Source: Chlorokybus atmophyticus (Eukaryota; Plantae; Mesostigma and Chlorokybus algae). Taken from it: a DNA stretch of 64,000 nt. The position numbers were made by a program, and so were the translations under genes. The stretch spans positions 417,976 to 481,975 of the forward strand of contig RHPI01002990.1 of NCBI GenBank assembly GCA_009103225.1, read 5' to 3'. The notes below the pieces were generated by a model. That model saw nothing but the letters and a program-made list of their open reading frames with translations, did not search any database and had not been told where the DNA came from. The first letter of the stretch is position 1, and every line of letters starts with the position of its first letter. Shown piece after piece: positions 32,801 to 45,812 of the stretch.

Positions 32801-35161
32801 CTAATTAGTCGCACGAGTGTCATACTCCTTTCAATCTGCTCTTGAGAGCATGCGAGGGTGCCCATGTCGTTTATATAGGTTGTCCCTTTGGCAGCCATTG
32901 CGTTGCCCAGCCTCAATTGGTGTAGCACCGTCCTACACTGGCCGGGCCAGCAATGGGCTGGATTGTCAGCAGCATCCTGTTCTCATTCATGCTCAGTTAC
33001 AGACCTTGTCCGGGTTCAACCCACTAGTAGCTGCATGCATAGGCTCACTGAGACTGCTGTAACACTTGGGAAGCCAAACCGTTGCTGTTTTATGGTTTGT
33101 AAAACAGCAACGGTTTGGCTTCCCATTTGTTGCCCTTCCTACGGTTGATATGCTCGGCAAGTACTCCAGCAACCGCTGGGAGCTGGACGTGCATCTGTGC
33201 CAGCACATCTACCGCAGCAATGGAATAACTTATTCCTGCCTTGAAATGGGATGTCAGACCATCTGTCAGGCAGTTCCTTCAAGCAGTGTACCCGACCAAG
33301 GTCTGCCACCAGGGTGTGAACGAGACCAAAGCCGCTGCTGACTCAACTCACCATGTAAGACTTGACAAGTTGATGGCAGCTGGAGTGACAAATTGTGAAT
33401 GACATAGGGTGTCAACCATTGCATGCTCTTGGAAACATGCTCCCAAAAGAAGGAGTACATACTGTGCTCGCTGCAGATTTTCAAGTTGTGTTTTTAAGAT
33501 GCCGCATGAGGTTGCGGCGGCAAGTGTAGTTAGCGTGCACGGTTGAGCCAAAGGCTTAGCTAATGTTTCCAAGACCGATGAGCTGCATGAGTCGCGACAC
33601 ACGAAATTCAATTGGCAACTAGTAGACAGCATGTTGGAGTCTTTTGGATAACTTCCCTGCGGTGTGCAATTTCCGTAGGTAAGTGTTAGGGATTGAAAAC
33701 ACGGGGCATTTAATAGGCTTAATAATGGATTCAAAATTTAAACTTTGTGTTGCAAGTCATGATCCAGCTATTCACCCCGCAGCTTAGCAATCCTCAATTA
33801 ATACTTGTAACCCCACTTATACCCCTTTGACTTCAAACTGCTTTGAGTCTTCATGCAAACTTCATGCAACTCATGGTAGAGTGTACAAAAGCGTCGTTGT
33901 GACATGCTGCGTCCACACCAGCGAGCGTAATAGACATCTGACGGGCAACCCGCCCGGCGGTTGCAGATTGTTTTGCAAACTTGAGTCAGACAACGATTAA
34001 ACGCTCAACGGCTTACTTGAAAGCAATTGTTAAATGTAAATTAAACGGCATGAATGTCAATATGAATGTAATGCAAATTCTTATCTTTTCCTCTTTTTGT
34101 TCATGCGCATTGGCATGTTCCTAAATTGCACAATAAAGCCGCGATTAAACATCCTCAAAATGTTCTTATAAACATATGCAAGATGAGCCTATGAATGCAA
34201 CAATATATTTAAGCTCGCGAATGAAGTAATTACAATTAATGTTTCTTGTCACAACGAGTCCTTCCTACATACAACCAACGGTGTCAAGTATAACAACTCC
34301 CGAGAATTAGGACAAAAATAAATGATGTTTGATTCGCTTGCGGCGCTTAACACGCATGTATAACAAGGAGATTTGTGATCACATATGAGTACGTAAAATC
34401 ACGCTGCAATGCAGTGTGACTCTTATGCATCTTGCCGTGTGCTTGTTTGCCATTAGCCCTTACACTTGAAGTGTTGCATTGCAACTCTTGTTTGCTATGT
34501 TACTGTGCCGATTAATGCGTACATTTTTATATATTATATACTTTTATAATACGTTTTATTTATTTACTATTGATTCATATGATTTGTGGCTACGTGCAAC
34601 TGGCTACTCACGTTGTTCTGCAAGAACTCATACAAGCAGTATAAGTAAAAGGTAACCATATATGTTTATTCGGTGTAATGGGCAAACTTACTTTTGGCCC
34701 CAGTCCAAGGCTACAATAACATCGCATGAGACAACATACCTGGCAGCGACACGACACAGTATGACACATGTGTCGTGACACAATGTGTCAGAAAATTTGT
34801 CACGTTCTATATCGATTAACATTACCGTGAGTAATACCGTCCATTGGTTGTGGCCACGACAGCCGGACCGTAACTGGCTGGGCTGATCTATCTGTAGCAG
34901 TTTCGCTCGGAGCGACGGCACCCTTTCCTCCTGGCGGCGGACAGGGCTTAGCAATCCACGCGTTTGCCGGGCCCGCTAGGGCTGCATTGCACGCGGCAGG
35001 TTGCGCAGCAAAACGCACCGCGGTGACCAAGCCAGACATATTTCATGGGTATAGGTGCGTATATATATGTCTGCTGTATCTACTGCTGAAGTTGAAGAAG
35101 CTGCTGCTGCGCCTGCCTCATCCTGCACGCTGCTCGCTGTGTGATTCTAGCACATCCAGGC

Positions 35162-38060
35162 ATGGCGAATTTGCCTAACTTCCTCGGCGAGGTGCACCAC
35201 AAGGACGACACTGACTACGACTTCTTCCGCTACCAGTATGCTTACAGCAGCCATGGCGGGGAGGGTGGCATGGACCCTGCCGCCATCATCTACCCCAAGT
35301 CGCCCACTGCTGACGCCGACGTGCGCAGCGCCATCGCCTACGCTGTGAACAATGGCATCGCCATAGCTGTGCGTACGGGTGGACACCAGTACAGCGGGGC
35401 GTCCTCAACTTCAGGGCGCAACATCCTGCTGGATTTGAGCGAGGCGTACATGGAGTTTGACTGGAATGAGGACACACGCCAGCTGCGTCTGGGAGTCAGC
35501 TACTCCCTCGCAGACATGAACGCTGAGCTGGGAAAGCGGGGACTGTTTGTGCCACATGGGCAGTGCTACCACGTGCACGTAGGGGGACACGCGCAAACAG
35601 GTCTGTTTTTCTCTCCTTGCTTTCATGCAGCGCTGTGCAAATGGTTTGCAATTTGCTAGGGCAAACTTTATCAGTACTGCTTGAGGATTGCTTGCCGTGC
35701 TAGCTGAGCGAGAGCCGCTGGGGTGCTAAGTCTCTGCTTAGGCCATGTAGCACTTATAAGCAGCTGTCTTTGAGGCACTGCTGCTTGCTTGCACTTGCTT
35801 TCGACTATGCTGTAGGCTTGATATTCATGCATCCTGTTTTCTCTGCTGGTGCAGGCGGCTATGGCCAGCTCGGGCGTTCCTTTGGCCTCTTGTCCGACTA
35901 CATTGTCGGCATCAGAGTCATCACTGCTGATGGAGTGGTGCATGAGATCTCGCGCTCCACAACGGATGAGAAGGAGGCAGCCCTCTTCTACGCAATGTTG
36001 GGTGGGAGCCCAGGCAACTACGCTGTACTCACGCACATTATCCTTCAGCCACTGCACGACTCAGACCACCCCAACTCGCGTGGCATGAAGGTGAGTCCTC
36101 TCACGCAAAGTGCATACCGGCAACCTTCCAAACAAGTCATGCATGCTGTGGTCCTCTTGCTTGCAAGACCTGGTTCCTCAATGTTTCAAACTGACTGCAA
36201 TGCTTAGCAGAAGCACTCCAGAGGCTGACGTTGAAATTACTAGTCTGCTGCTTGTTGCTCATGATGTCTCTATTGTATGCAGGTCATCGCCGAGTACAAG
36301 TACGACACGGTGTTGGCACTACTCAAGCTCATGGCTGAGATGGTAGCTGACGACGATTTCCCAGCGGATCACGACTTCTGCATCTCCGTGCTCAGCCAGG
36401 GCCAGAAGATACTGCCGCAGTTTGACATCAACCAGATTGACTCGTTCATGAGGACATGGAACCCGGTAAGCACCTATCTCAGTGCACGCATGTAATGTAG
36501 CCGCTACAAAGGCTTTGTGTGCTTGCCTATCACGCACTCTACAACACTTGTTGATCGGAGGTCTGCTGTCAAGCAAGGCAGCTGCGAGTTGACTGAGCCA
36601 GACCTCAGTGATGCATGCCTGACTGCTGCAAGTCACTATACCTGTCACTGTAATGCCAAGTCTCTTGCAGGAGGAGTATGGTGGCGAGACAAAGCGCCCG
36701 CCAAGCATCTGGCCCGCTGCCATCATCCTCTACGTGCAATGGGCCAACCTGGAGGGCAAGGGCCAGGTGTACGACCCAGCATGGTTCCAGAAGATTAGGG
36801 AAGCTACCAGCGGAAGCCTGAGTGCTGTGCTGGTTGATGACAAGGAGCCGACGCCCATGTCGGTGCTGACATCGAAATGGGTGTTCCAGGATGTGCGAGA
36901 GTTTGACATGCCATACAACAAGGTGGAAACGCTATGCAAGCTGCTAACGCAGGCATCTGACACAGGCAGTTGCACATGCTTGCACTCCTGTCTTCACAAA
37001 CGTCATGACTTTGCATGCTTCCAAGCCTTTAGCCTGCACAGCCCATAACATCATGCCTCTCAGCTACATCAGCTTGTAAACAACTGGAACATGAAGATAT
37101 CTGTAATTGCCTCTGCTGAGTGATGTGCTGCTATGTAGCGCTGCTACGTGACAAACTCTACGACACTGGGCGCGGATAAGTGGCCAGAGTACACCGCCGA
37201 CCGCATTAAGGAGATTGAGTCGGACGTGACCAATGGGTGCAAACTGGCGGTCCAGATCCAGCACTTTGGTGGCAAACACTCCCGTTTCCGCAACAACGAT
37301 GCAGAGGGCAAGACAGCTTTCAGGCATGTCAATAAGGCAGTGCCTTTCAGGCTGCGGTCAACTAGTTGTGCACCGCCTACATGCAATCTCTCTCCTGAGT
37401 ACTCGTGCTAGCAATCTGATGCATTGTCGCCAAGCTATTCAGAAGCAAGTCAGAGCTGTGGGCTGATGTCCACCTAGAAAATAACACCACTTCTAATGCT
37501 GTGCTGCTTGCACACCCTGCAGCTGGCGTGACACCAGCGTGGTCTGCGTGCTGGACTGCTTTTATGACCCGGAAGACGTACTAGCTGATGCGGCCGACAG
37601 GAAGCCAAAGGAGATATCAGACGAGTGGGTGGCACACAATGACAAGAGCCTGAAGGGCCCAAGTGGCGTGTTCTCAAAGGACGACCGGCGCGTGCTGTGG
37701 GGCAGCTATTACGCCAACCTGACCGAGAAGAACTGGGGCATGGCCTGGCCCTTCTACCATGAGAACCAAGCCAAGTATAACAGGTTGTGTGAGATCAAAC
37801 GGGAGGTCGACCCCCACAAAGTGTTCACGCCAAACGAGTTCTGTGTTGACGTGGAGAAGCCGACTGACATGGTCCCCTCTACCGATGTGATCACGGCGGA
37901 TCCAGTCGATGTACCCAAGGGCTTTGCAAGGGCACTTCGCATCTACCAAGAGCTGGCAAGAGTACATAAGATTTCCAGTAATTCGGATGCAACAGTGCAA
38001 GAACCTGTACATCTCCCACAGTTGAGCATCCCAACGCTACTGAAGGCGCTTCATATCTAA
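35162..38060 (+). CDS. FAD-linked oxidoreductase, berberine-bridge-enzyme-like (FAD_binding_4 + BBE C-terminal domain), ~610 aa, 6 exons
   Basis: Exons 35162-35600, 35855-36090, 36283-36465, 36671-36922, 37139-37323, 37523-38060 join in frame. Motifs: RTGGHQYSG, HGQCYHVHVGGHAQTGGYG, and C-terminal YYAN...YNRLCEIKREVDPHKVF. Confidence 0.9.
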
Positions 38061-38497
38061 GTGACTAAGCAGCTGGACTTGATGTGACTAGCAACAACTA
38101 TCTGGCGGTTGTCATTGGACAGTTACCTGGTGGTTAGCATAGTGCTGAGTGGTCAGACTATATAGCCCAGCATAGTTAGCAAAGTAATGCTTGGCCATGT
38201 TGTGATGCACACGTTGCTCACTGACTTGTCCTTTCACGTGATTGCACATGCATCCGCGCAAACTGACCTCCACAATGCAGCAACCCAGCATAGCCTCGCT
38301 AGTTTACGCATCACAGCGGTATGGTAATACTGTTACCTACCGACTCCATTCTAACTACATCATACCTTGTGCCCACAACCAACGTGCCTGCACTTGAACC
38401 AGCTCAGGTCTATTTGCAGCAGCTGAAGAGGAATTGCACCAGATGGAGTGCCGACAATACTTGGCGCTGCGCTAGCCACCCCATACGCTGACCGAGG

Positions 38498-39923
38498 TCA
38501 CGTGGACTTATCATTCAAAGCTTTGCGCTGCCTTAGGATTGGCACCAACTCGTGAAACGCGCCCTCGTTGTGCTTGACCCAAGACAGGAAGGCGCTCTCT
38601 AGAATGGCGGCCGCATTCACACACAAAAGCTGGTGCCTGACTGGCACAAATCTGAAGTTGATTGTCTGGAACAGAGGCCAGAACGATAACTCCACAGCAA
38701 ACGCGGGCAAGAAATCGCGCTTCAAGTCTTCTAGAACCCTACGCGGAGGGTTGCCTTCAGCCAACCCCATGTATATGAAGTAGCCTGCTATGAAAGCGGG
38801 CCCGAAAATCAACGAGTCACTAATGATCTTAATCGCCAGGAAACGCGCCGTATTAGGCCTGGCATAGCGCTGTACAACGGTGTCTAAGCGATTGTACCTG
38901 CATTCCAAACATCATAGCATTATATATACAAGCTATACAACAACAGTAGCACACACAGGTGCCTACAAGCGGCAGCGTAGAGTGCAATTATAATCAAGTA
39001 AGGCATTGCAAAAGGCGGATGACCATGAATCCTACCAATGGTGACCAACAGGACCAACAAACGCGCCACCAAAGAACGCTGTCAAAGCCACCCGTCTCCC
39101 ATCCAGCCCTCTACTTGACACCTGCAACCCATTGCATATAGACGCTGCGTGAGTATGCGTATATATGTTCCTGAATCATCAGACGATGCAGTAAACGCAG
39201 AACCAAGTGCTGTCTCAGCCTGCAAACACCAAACTGAGGGGGACTTGCCATGTGTTTTCCTGATCTTTTTATCTGTACAGCGTGCAGCTATAGCAGAAGC
39301 ATACCTTCTCTTTACCATCCCCGCTATCTGTGTGCTTGTCTTTTGCTGTTAAGTGCTGCGCGAACACGTCACCAATGCCCCACAGCAGCGCTGATGTGGC
39401 CACCTGAGTGCGCACCTGCAAGAAGGAAGCAATGGCGCAGAGATATGAGCAAGCAATCAAACTTCCTGTCAGAGTCGATGATGCAGACATATTGCACAAA
39501 ACCAGTCATTGAGCAACTGAAAAAGCCCCTCTCCAATACCACAGCAGTTGGATAAGCACTTGCAAGTGTAAAAGTTCGCCAGACTGTGGTTGTGGTTGTA
39601 ACATGCTGTTCTAACAACCAGATAATCACAGTGATGAGTACTCATCAAGCAATGCTCCAGTGTCTATCTCTACCTCAATGCGCAATCAAGCTGTACGGTT
39701 GACATGCCTAAAGCTTCTCAAAACTCAACCATAAGCATGTCAAGTAGAATGATGTGTTGGAAACTGGAGACACAGCTGCTCGCCAGAAAGAACTACACAA
39801 GAAACAATCTGACGCACAAGCTGCCTGGCTAGTAGTACTGACCGGGTGCAAGCGCAGCTGCCGTGTGTAGCCTCCCCACAGCGACCCGAGCATGCCGCCT
39901 GACGATGCTACCGCCGGCGGCAT
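38498..39923 (-). CDS. Mpv17/PMP22-family membrane protein, ~225 aa, 4 exons
   Basis: Exons 39923-39843, 39415-39305, 39121-39036, 38897-38498 join in frame. Motifs: TSALLWGIGDVFAQ, DGRRVALTAFFGGAFVGPVGHHWY, and FWPLFQTINFRFVPVRHQLLCVN. Confidence 0.92.
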
Positions 39924-40988
39924 GTGCGCCGAGCATGCGGCTGCCTAAGCTAGCTGCGCAGCCCACCAGCTGGCATCCTGAGATGCTGCAGCAGCCTTGA
40001 AGCTTATATTGATATGATAGATGTCTTGTTGCAGCACCAGCTTTCCTCGTCCGCCTCCACCTTCAGCGGCTTCTTTCCTTCAGCTGCTAATCCAGCTGCA
40101 CAACGCCACACCCACTGTGCCAACCGAGCTGCCGATCGCCGCCGCCTACCACACCAACGACCACAAGAATAACAGCGACAGCTTGCTGAATGCCCACAGC
40201 AACAACGACACTGAACTTTACTCTCCTCTGAGTTCGTTTGTGTGTTGGTCGGAGGCGGCGGCGGATGTGTGGCTGGAGGGTGTCGGCAGCGCGGACGAGG
40301 TGTTGAGGGGCGGAGGTGGTTGTGGTTTTGTCGTAGTCCGCTGCGCTGTCGTCGTCATTGTCGTTGTGGACAGCGCGTTGCTGGTTGTGCTGCTGGAGGG
40401 TAGGGTTTTTGATGCTGAGGGGCCGGAGGGGCTTTAGTACAGTAGCTGCGTTTAGTAAGTATTGTCAGGGTGTTGTCAGGCTGCTGCTGGACTAACTTTC
40501 AGAAGAACACAGAGAAGACACTGGCGGGGCCATTCTGTGATCTTGTGGAAGAGGGCAGCCAAGCCTCTTGCTGCTGCTGTTTGGGTGGGTGGAAGGGTGG
40601 TACATTGGCTTGAGAGGGCTGGATTTAGGGTTGGATAGGTTACCGGGATCGTTCTAGTGCTGTTGGTTTCTCTAGCTTTGTGGTGATGGTCACTGCGTTT
40701 AGGTCAAACTCTGGTTGGTTGGTTGGTTGGTTGGATGTGACTAAAACCTCTGGTTGGGCGGAGGCTGCTGATAAGGCTGCTGTTTTGGAGACTCGGCACC
40801 AACAGTACATACATTGGCTAGGCTAGACAGGGCCTGTGCTATTTGACTTGTATAGCTTAAGCATCGCACGTTTGTCATGTGCACGCAACAGTCTCCCCTC
40901 ATACGTGCATTCTGTCAAACATGTGGCCAGTTGAGCGTACTGCCGTTTGGCCATCAGCAAGTGGACTGTTATTGCCCCCGTCGTGGTT

Positions 40989-42655
40989 ATGGGCGGCAGC
41001 GATCGTGAGAATGACGAGGATGAAGTCGACTATGGCGAAGACGAGGTGGAGGTTGAGCCGGCTGTGAACAATGATGGCTATGCTGATGTTGCAACCATCT
41101 CAGCAATCGCGTCACGAGATGAACAGCACGCTGCGGTGGCGAATGCGTTGAGTACTTCAGCCAGCAGGTATGGTGCCGAGCGTGAGGAAGGAGAAGTGTC
41201 GTCTTCGAGTGACAAAGAGTCTGATGAAGAGGACAAGCATTGGAAAAGGCGGAAGAGGCTGCGGAACAATGCACGCGCGTCGGCTGTGGATACCAGTGCC
41301 AGGTACATGCTGGTGAATATGTTGGCATGGTGACTGCAGGCAAAACATCAGCTTGCAACCTGTTAGTGACGTCGTCTACACTTTTGCCAGCTGCACATTG
41401 CATTGCACAAGTTTGTGGCCACCATGCAAATAGCTGCTAGTGAGGTCGCTCATATTGGTTGCGGTGCAGGACAACCACATACTATGCTCGCACATGCAAT
41501 CAGTGTTCATGTCCAACTGGGCTCTATTCTGCGCTATGTTCTGCTGCATCAAACGATGTGGTGCTGTGTGTATAGATCAGAAGCCAAAGCCTCCAACAAG
41601 GAACAAAAGCCTGAAGGTGAGTGCATTTCTATGCGGCTTTCGATCATAGTAACGCATTGTGTGCAATGTGCTCCCCAATCCGTGAGTGTTGAATTGAAGC
41701 CTGCTGCGTCTTTGCAGCAGTTGAACCTGGTGGACAACAGGCCAGTGCTCACAGGCTGCCAGCGGCTGCACAACCACACAAAGCTGTAGGCTCTGCTGCT
41801 GACCAGGCGAGGGCGGCCACAACAACGGCAAAGACTTCTGCACCAACGCCGACTGTAATGAAACCACCGGTAGGCAATGTCACGACAGGTTTGCGAGCCT
41901 CCGCTTCTGCATACGAGCCTGTGACAATGCACAAGAGCAACCAGGTGCAATTCTTTGCCTTTGGTGGATGAGATATTGCTTAAGAGAGCTTGAACCTTAC
42001 GTTTGTTTGCTGGCATAGCTGCAGGCACGCCCACTGAGCGCACAGGGCCACAGCGGAAGACCCACACCCATACTCCAGGCAAACAACTCTACACTGCCTC
42101 CTTACAGCATGGTGCATCATCACCAAATGCCCCCATTCCTGCAACAGCCCGCACCAATGCCCTTGCGGGACGCCGGCTTCATCGGGCGGCCCATGCAAGT
42201 CGGCAACAACTTGCAGCATTTCCGGCTGATGCAGCACCAGCCACCTTTTGACGGCCGCCAACCTGCGGGCGGCTTTGATCATGAGTGGGGTCTACCTGGT
42301 CCTCTGCCGTTTGGCATGGGCATGGGGCCGATGCCGCACGCGGGTTTTGCACCCAATGGACAGCTGCTGCGGCCTGCATTTATGCCATCGCAGTAAGTAC
42401 AATGAGTAGCAATGTCGCCTTGTTCAGTGCCCTTGAGGATTGATAATTTACTTATACGCATCTGACAGCTTCCAGCCACCCCAACGACCGCCCGAGTACC
42501 GCTTCAACTCATCTGAGCATCCCAGATCTGTAAGTTTATGTGTTCTATTAATGTCTTGGATGGTTGGTGGTGTTGCTTATGTCTGCTCCACCCGTTGCAT
42601 TCAAACTCACTGCGCTTGTGCACAGAACATGCCGCCAAGGAGTTCATGACAGTTG
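40989..42655 (+). CDS. Hypothetical low-complexity protein (acidic N-terminus with basic NLS-like KRRKRLR; Pro/Gln/Met-rich C-terminus); exon structure approximate
   Basis: MGGSDRENDEDEVDYGEDE...TSAR|gtacat; a short exon at ~41576-41617; AVEPGGQQ...; MVHHHQMPPF...; FQPPQRPPEYRF...|gtaagt. Confidence 0.55.
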
Positions 42656-43876
42656 GCCTAGCCCATACTGAGATATATGCAATGAAACTGGTTTGTCACA
42701 TAGACTGTTGCTTCCCCGACGGCACCAGAGCACACCGCAGTGGAGTCATTTGGAGTCAACAAACTTACTTGTGCGCTTCTAGCACTGAGCATGCATGTAG
42801 TTGCACTGCCTAGTAGGTGCAATGTGAGAGCTTGAGTAGACAACAATTGCTAGCATTGGCCAGTATAACAGCAACCATGGTTGCAGCGAGGTCACGTGCT
42901 TTAGTTAAGCACCATCAATTGGTCGTACATGGCATCGTGCTGGGGTGCAGAAACGCAGCAGCTACGCACTTGTGAGCACCGCTTTGAAGACGGTCGCTTA
43001 TTAGATGTTCAATCAGTTCTATGAGAGCGTGTTCTACTCAGCCATACATAATGCAAATGTGCTTCTGCATGCACAAGTCAGCAAGCTGTGCCAACAAGCA
43101 AGGAAGCCAGCAAACAATGTACATGCCAAGCCCTTCAACACTGCCCAACAATGAAGGTTAAACAACGTATTGCAATCGTGACAACTGTGTGTATAGGCCA
43201 AAGTAATGCTGATGCAAGTTCACACGCAGGCACGCGCTGATGCACACGGCAGCACTCACCAAGGCAGAGGCAGACACAATTAATTACAACCGGCAAGGGC
43301 AACTAGGCTAGATGCATGCGCTTAGCTAAGTGCATGCAAGGCGTAGGGTCAAGCGGGCAAGCAGGCAAGGATCAAGACAAGGGCAAGTAGCAGACCTGGC
43401 GCAACGCAAGCCTAGGGTCAGTTTATCTTTACCACCGCGTATGCGCATGCATGATGACACTGCTCGCACAGGCATGCGCATGCGCATACAGCACGGCACC
43501 CATCAGGTGCGCAAGCACTGTATGTCAGGCATGGTGGCAGCGCTGACAGCCAAACACTGATGTACATGTGATAGAGCTGTGTGTGGTTGTAGGTAGTGCT
43601 TGCGGTATCTTGGAGCTTATAAGTTTTCTTTGACGGTACGCCAGCATTGTCCTCAACATATGCCACAGCAGACAAAACTGCGACGCAGCATATGCTCGAC
43701 AGTCTCAAGAATGCAGCCCCCAACTCCACTTTGCATCTTGACTGGGGGATCCCAAGTGACCAATGCGGTCAGCCTGATACAGAATTTGCCCCAAATAATA
43801 CTACTCCAATCCAACTGAGAGTACAACTGCCTTGCAATGCAAGGGCATTCACGAGAATCCTCTATGTCTACATCCT

Positions 43877-45230
43877 TTACGCATAGCGAATGTTCTTGTG
43901 CTTGCCGCCAATGTGCTTAGCATCAGCAATGAGTGGCGCCGTCCAGCCGGTATTTGTGTACTCCAGCACGGAAAGTGCGGTGTAATCCAAGGATGGGACG
44001 GATGCATTGGGAACCAACCCGAGCACGAAGGCCTCGCAGGAAGCGCCGTGACCAATGCAGACCAACTTGTCACCTTCATGAAGCTCAGCCAGGTGAGTCA
44101 CCGTAGCGCGCCCCCTGGCCAGCATGTCTTGCATCGTCTCGTACTTCACACTCTTCTCCGACACAGGCACGTTGTACCAAGACTCATAGCCAACTTCAAC
44201 ACGCTTGGACACCTGCATAGCGCCACAGCAGTTGCACAAGTTTTTTTAAAAAACTGCTCACGTCTTCTACGCGCAGAATCAACTCGATGCATCACACGAT
44301 CGCAGTCACAACAGCATGTACATGTGCAACCGCAACTAACCACATGCAAGCTGTGTTTAACTTTGAGATGCTCACCTTCTCGTGCAGTTGTTTGTTAGTC
44401 ATCCACATGTTACGCTGGTTCTCAGTCGGCAAGTCCCGGTACCAGGGTGCGTTTAACCACTCGCACAGACCTTGCTCAACCCGCAAAGAGCTCACACCCA
44501 GAACCTGTGACATGACACTACAACCCGTTTGCTTGAGGTCACATAACAACAGTGGAAGAGAGGTTGCGCCTACATGATCAACAGCAAAAGGTAACAGGCA
44601 GAGAAATCAAGCCATGCAAGCTTCTCATCAGTCATCAATCAGGGGGTACTTCAGGCAAGCTACTCCACTCGAGTCTACAACACGTGACGGAGACAATGCG
44701 CACACACACATGCATGCACGCATGCACGCGCAGAGACACAATGCAACAGTTGTATTTGGGACAACATGCTTTTGTCCGACAACATGCTTTTGTTGTTCAT
44801 GCATTACTGGACCGACATGCATGACAATAACATCATAAAGACCGGACATCATGCATGCATGAAGCAATGATGAACCTTGCCTCAGCGACGCCGTCGGCAG
44901 TCTGCACACACCGCTGGAACGGCGAGACATAGATGATGGCGTCCGCCCCGAGGCCATACTCCTCCTTCAGCCTTCTGCCCAACGCGCTAGCCTACAATGT
45001 AACATACAGCTTTACACACAGATCAGTAATCACATGCTCAGCACTAGCAATGATAGCATGCAGCTGAGCAAAGCACAGACAACCTACGGTGATCTACACC
45101 ATGATGCACCTACCTGCTCGCGCCCAGCCTCGGTGAGGTGGGGATCCTGAGGGCGTGGATCTCTCTTCACCCACCCCGGGTCAACGAAGTCTATGCGCTC
45201 ACCATGTCGAGCTACATACACCCGCCTCAT
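43877..45230 (-). CDS. Histidine phosphatase / phosphoglycerate mutase-like protein, ~230 aa, 4 exons
   Basis: Exons 45230-45114, 44991-44881, 44504-44376, 44212-43877. Motifs: VARHGER, DPHLTEAGREQ, SPFQRCVQTA, EQGLCEW, IGHG. Intron 2 has a GC donor. Confidence 0.92.
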
Positions 45231-45812
45231 TGTCGCGATGGCGGACCAGGACGGAGATGACGATGAGGAGGAGGCGGGCTTCCCCTCCAACTGCTGCCGC
45301 CGAGACCCGCCTCCTCCAGGAGCAGGGTAGCCCAACCGTGCAGAACTCTGCAAGCACCGACAAGCAAGACCACCCCTCCTAGCCCCTACAGACGCAGTCA
45401 CAACGAGCGCCAGCGCCGCAGCCGCCTCGTCCTCCTCCTCCTCCTACCACCGCCGCCGCCGCAGTAACAACAGCAGCACAGATCCTACTGGCCAGCTGGC
45501 AGTGTGAGTTGATGCCAACAACTGGAAGCCAGAAGCGACTTTACCTCGAGTATCAAATCAGCGAAAATATAGCAAGTAGCGGCACTCTCAACCTCGTAGC
45601 GAAACCTACTTACGGCTTACGTGGCACTGCCACGGTGGCAATAGGCACCGTACAGGTTGCCACGTGTTGGTAGGGTAGGCTGTTGTGCGTACAGCAAAGC
45701 GTACGGCCGACGGGTTGCAGCGGGTTTGCGGTTCTGTACGAACGGTTTGATAACAAAGCCCGGCAACATCCCCCTGACTCAGCCACTAGGTGTTGTTTTT
45801 CTGCGGGCGGCG
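45231..45812. promoter_or_regulatory. Putative bidirectional promoter between head-to-head PGM-like and lipoyl synthase genes
   Basis: The divergent start codons are separated by 582 bp. Confidence 0.5.

Noticed and set aside
33300-34700. Broken ORF-like patches on the minus strand
   Set aside because: There are many stops and no recognisable motif, so it cannot be assigned without a search.
40021-40437. 138-aa ORF between Mpv17 and the hypothetical gene
   Set aside because: It is low complexity with no domain or clear splice context, and is probably promoter or UTR sequence.
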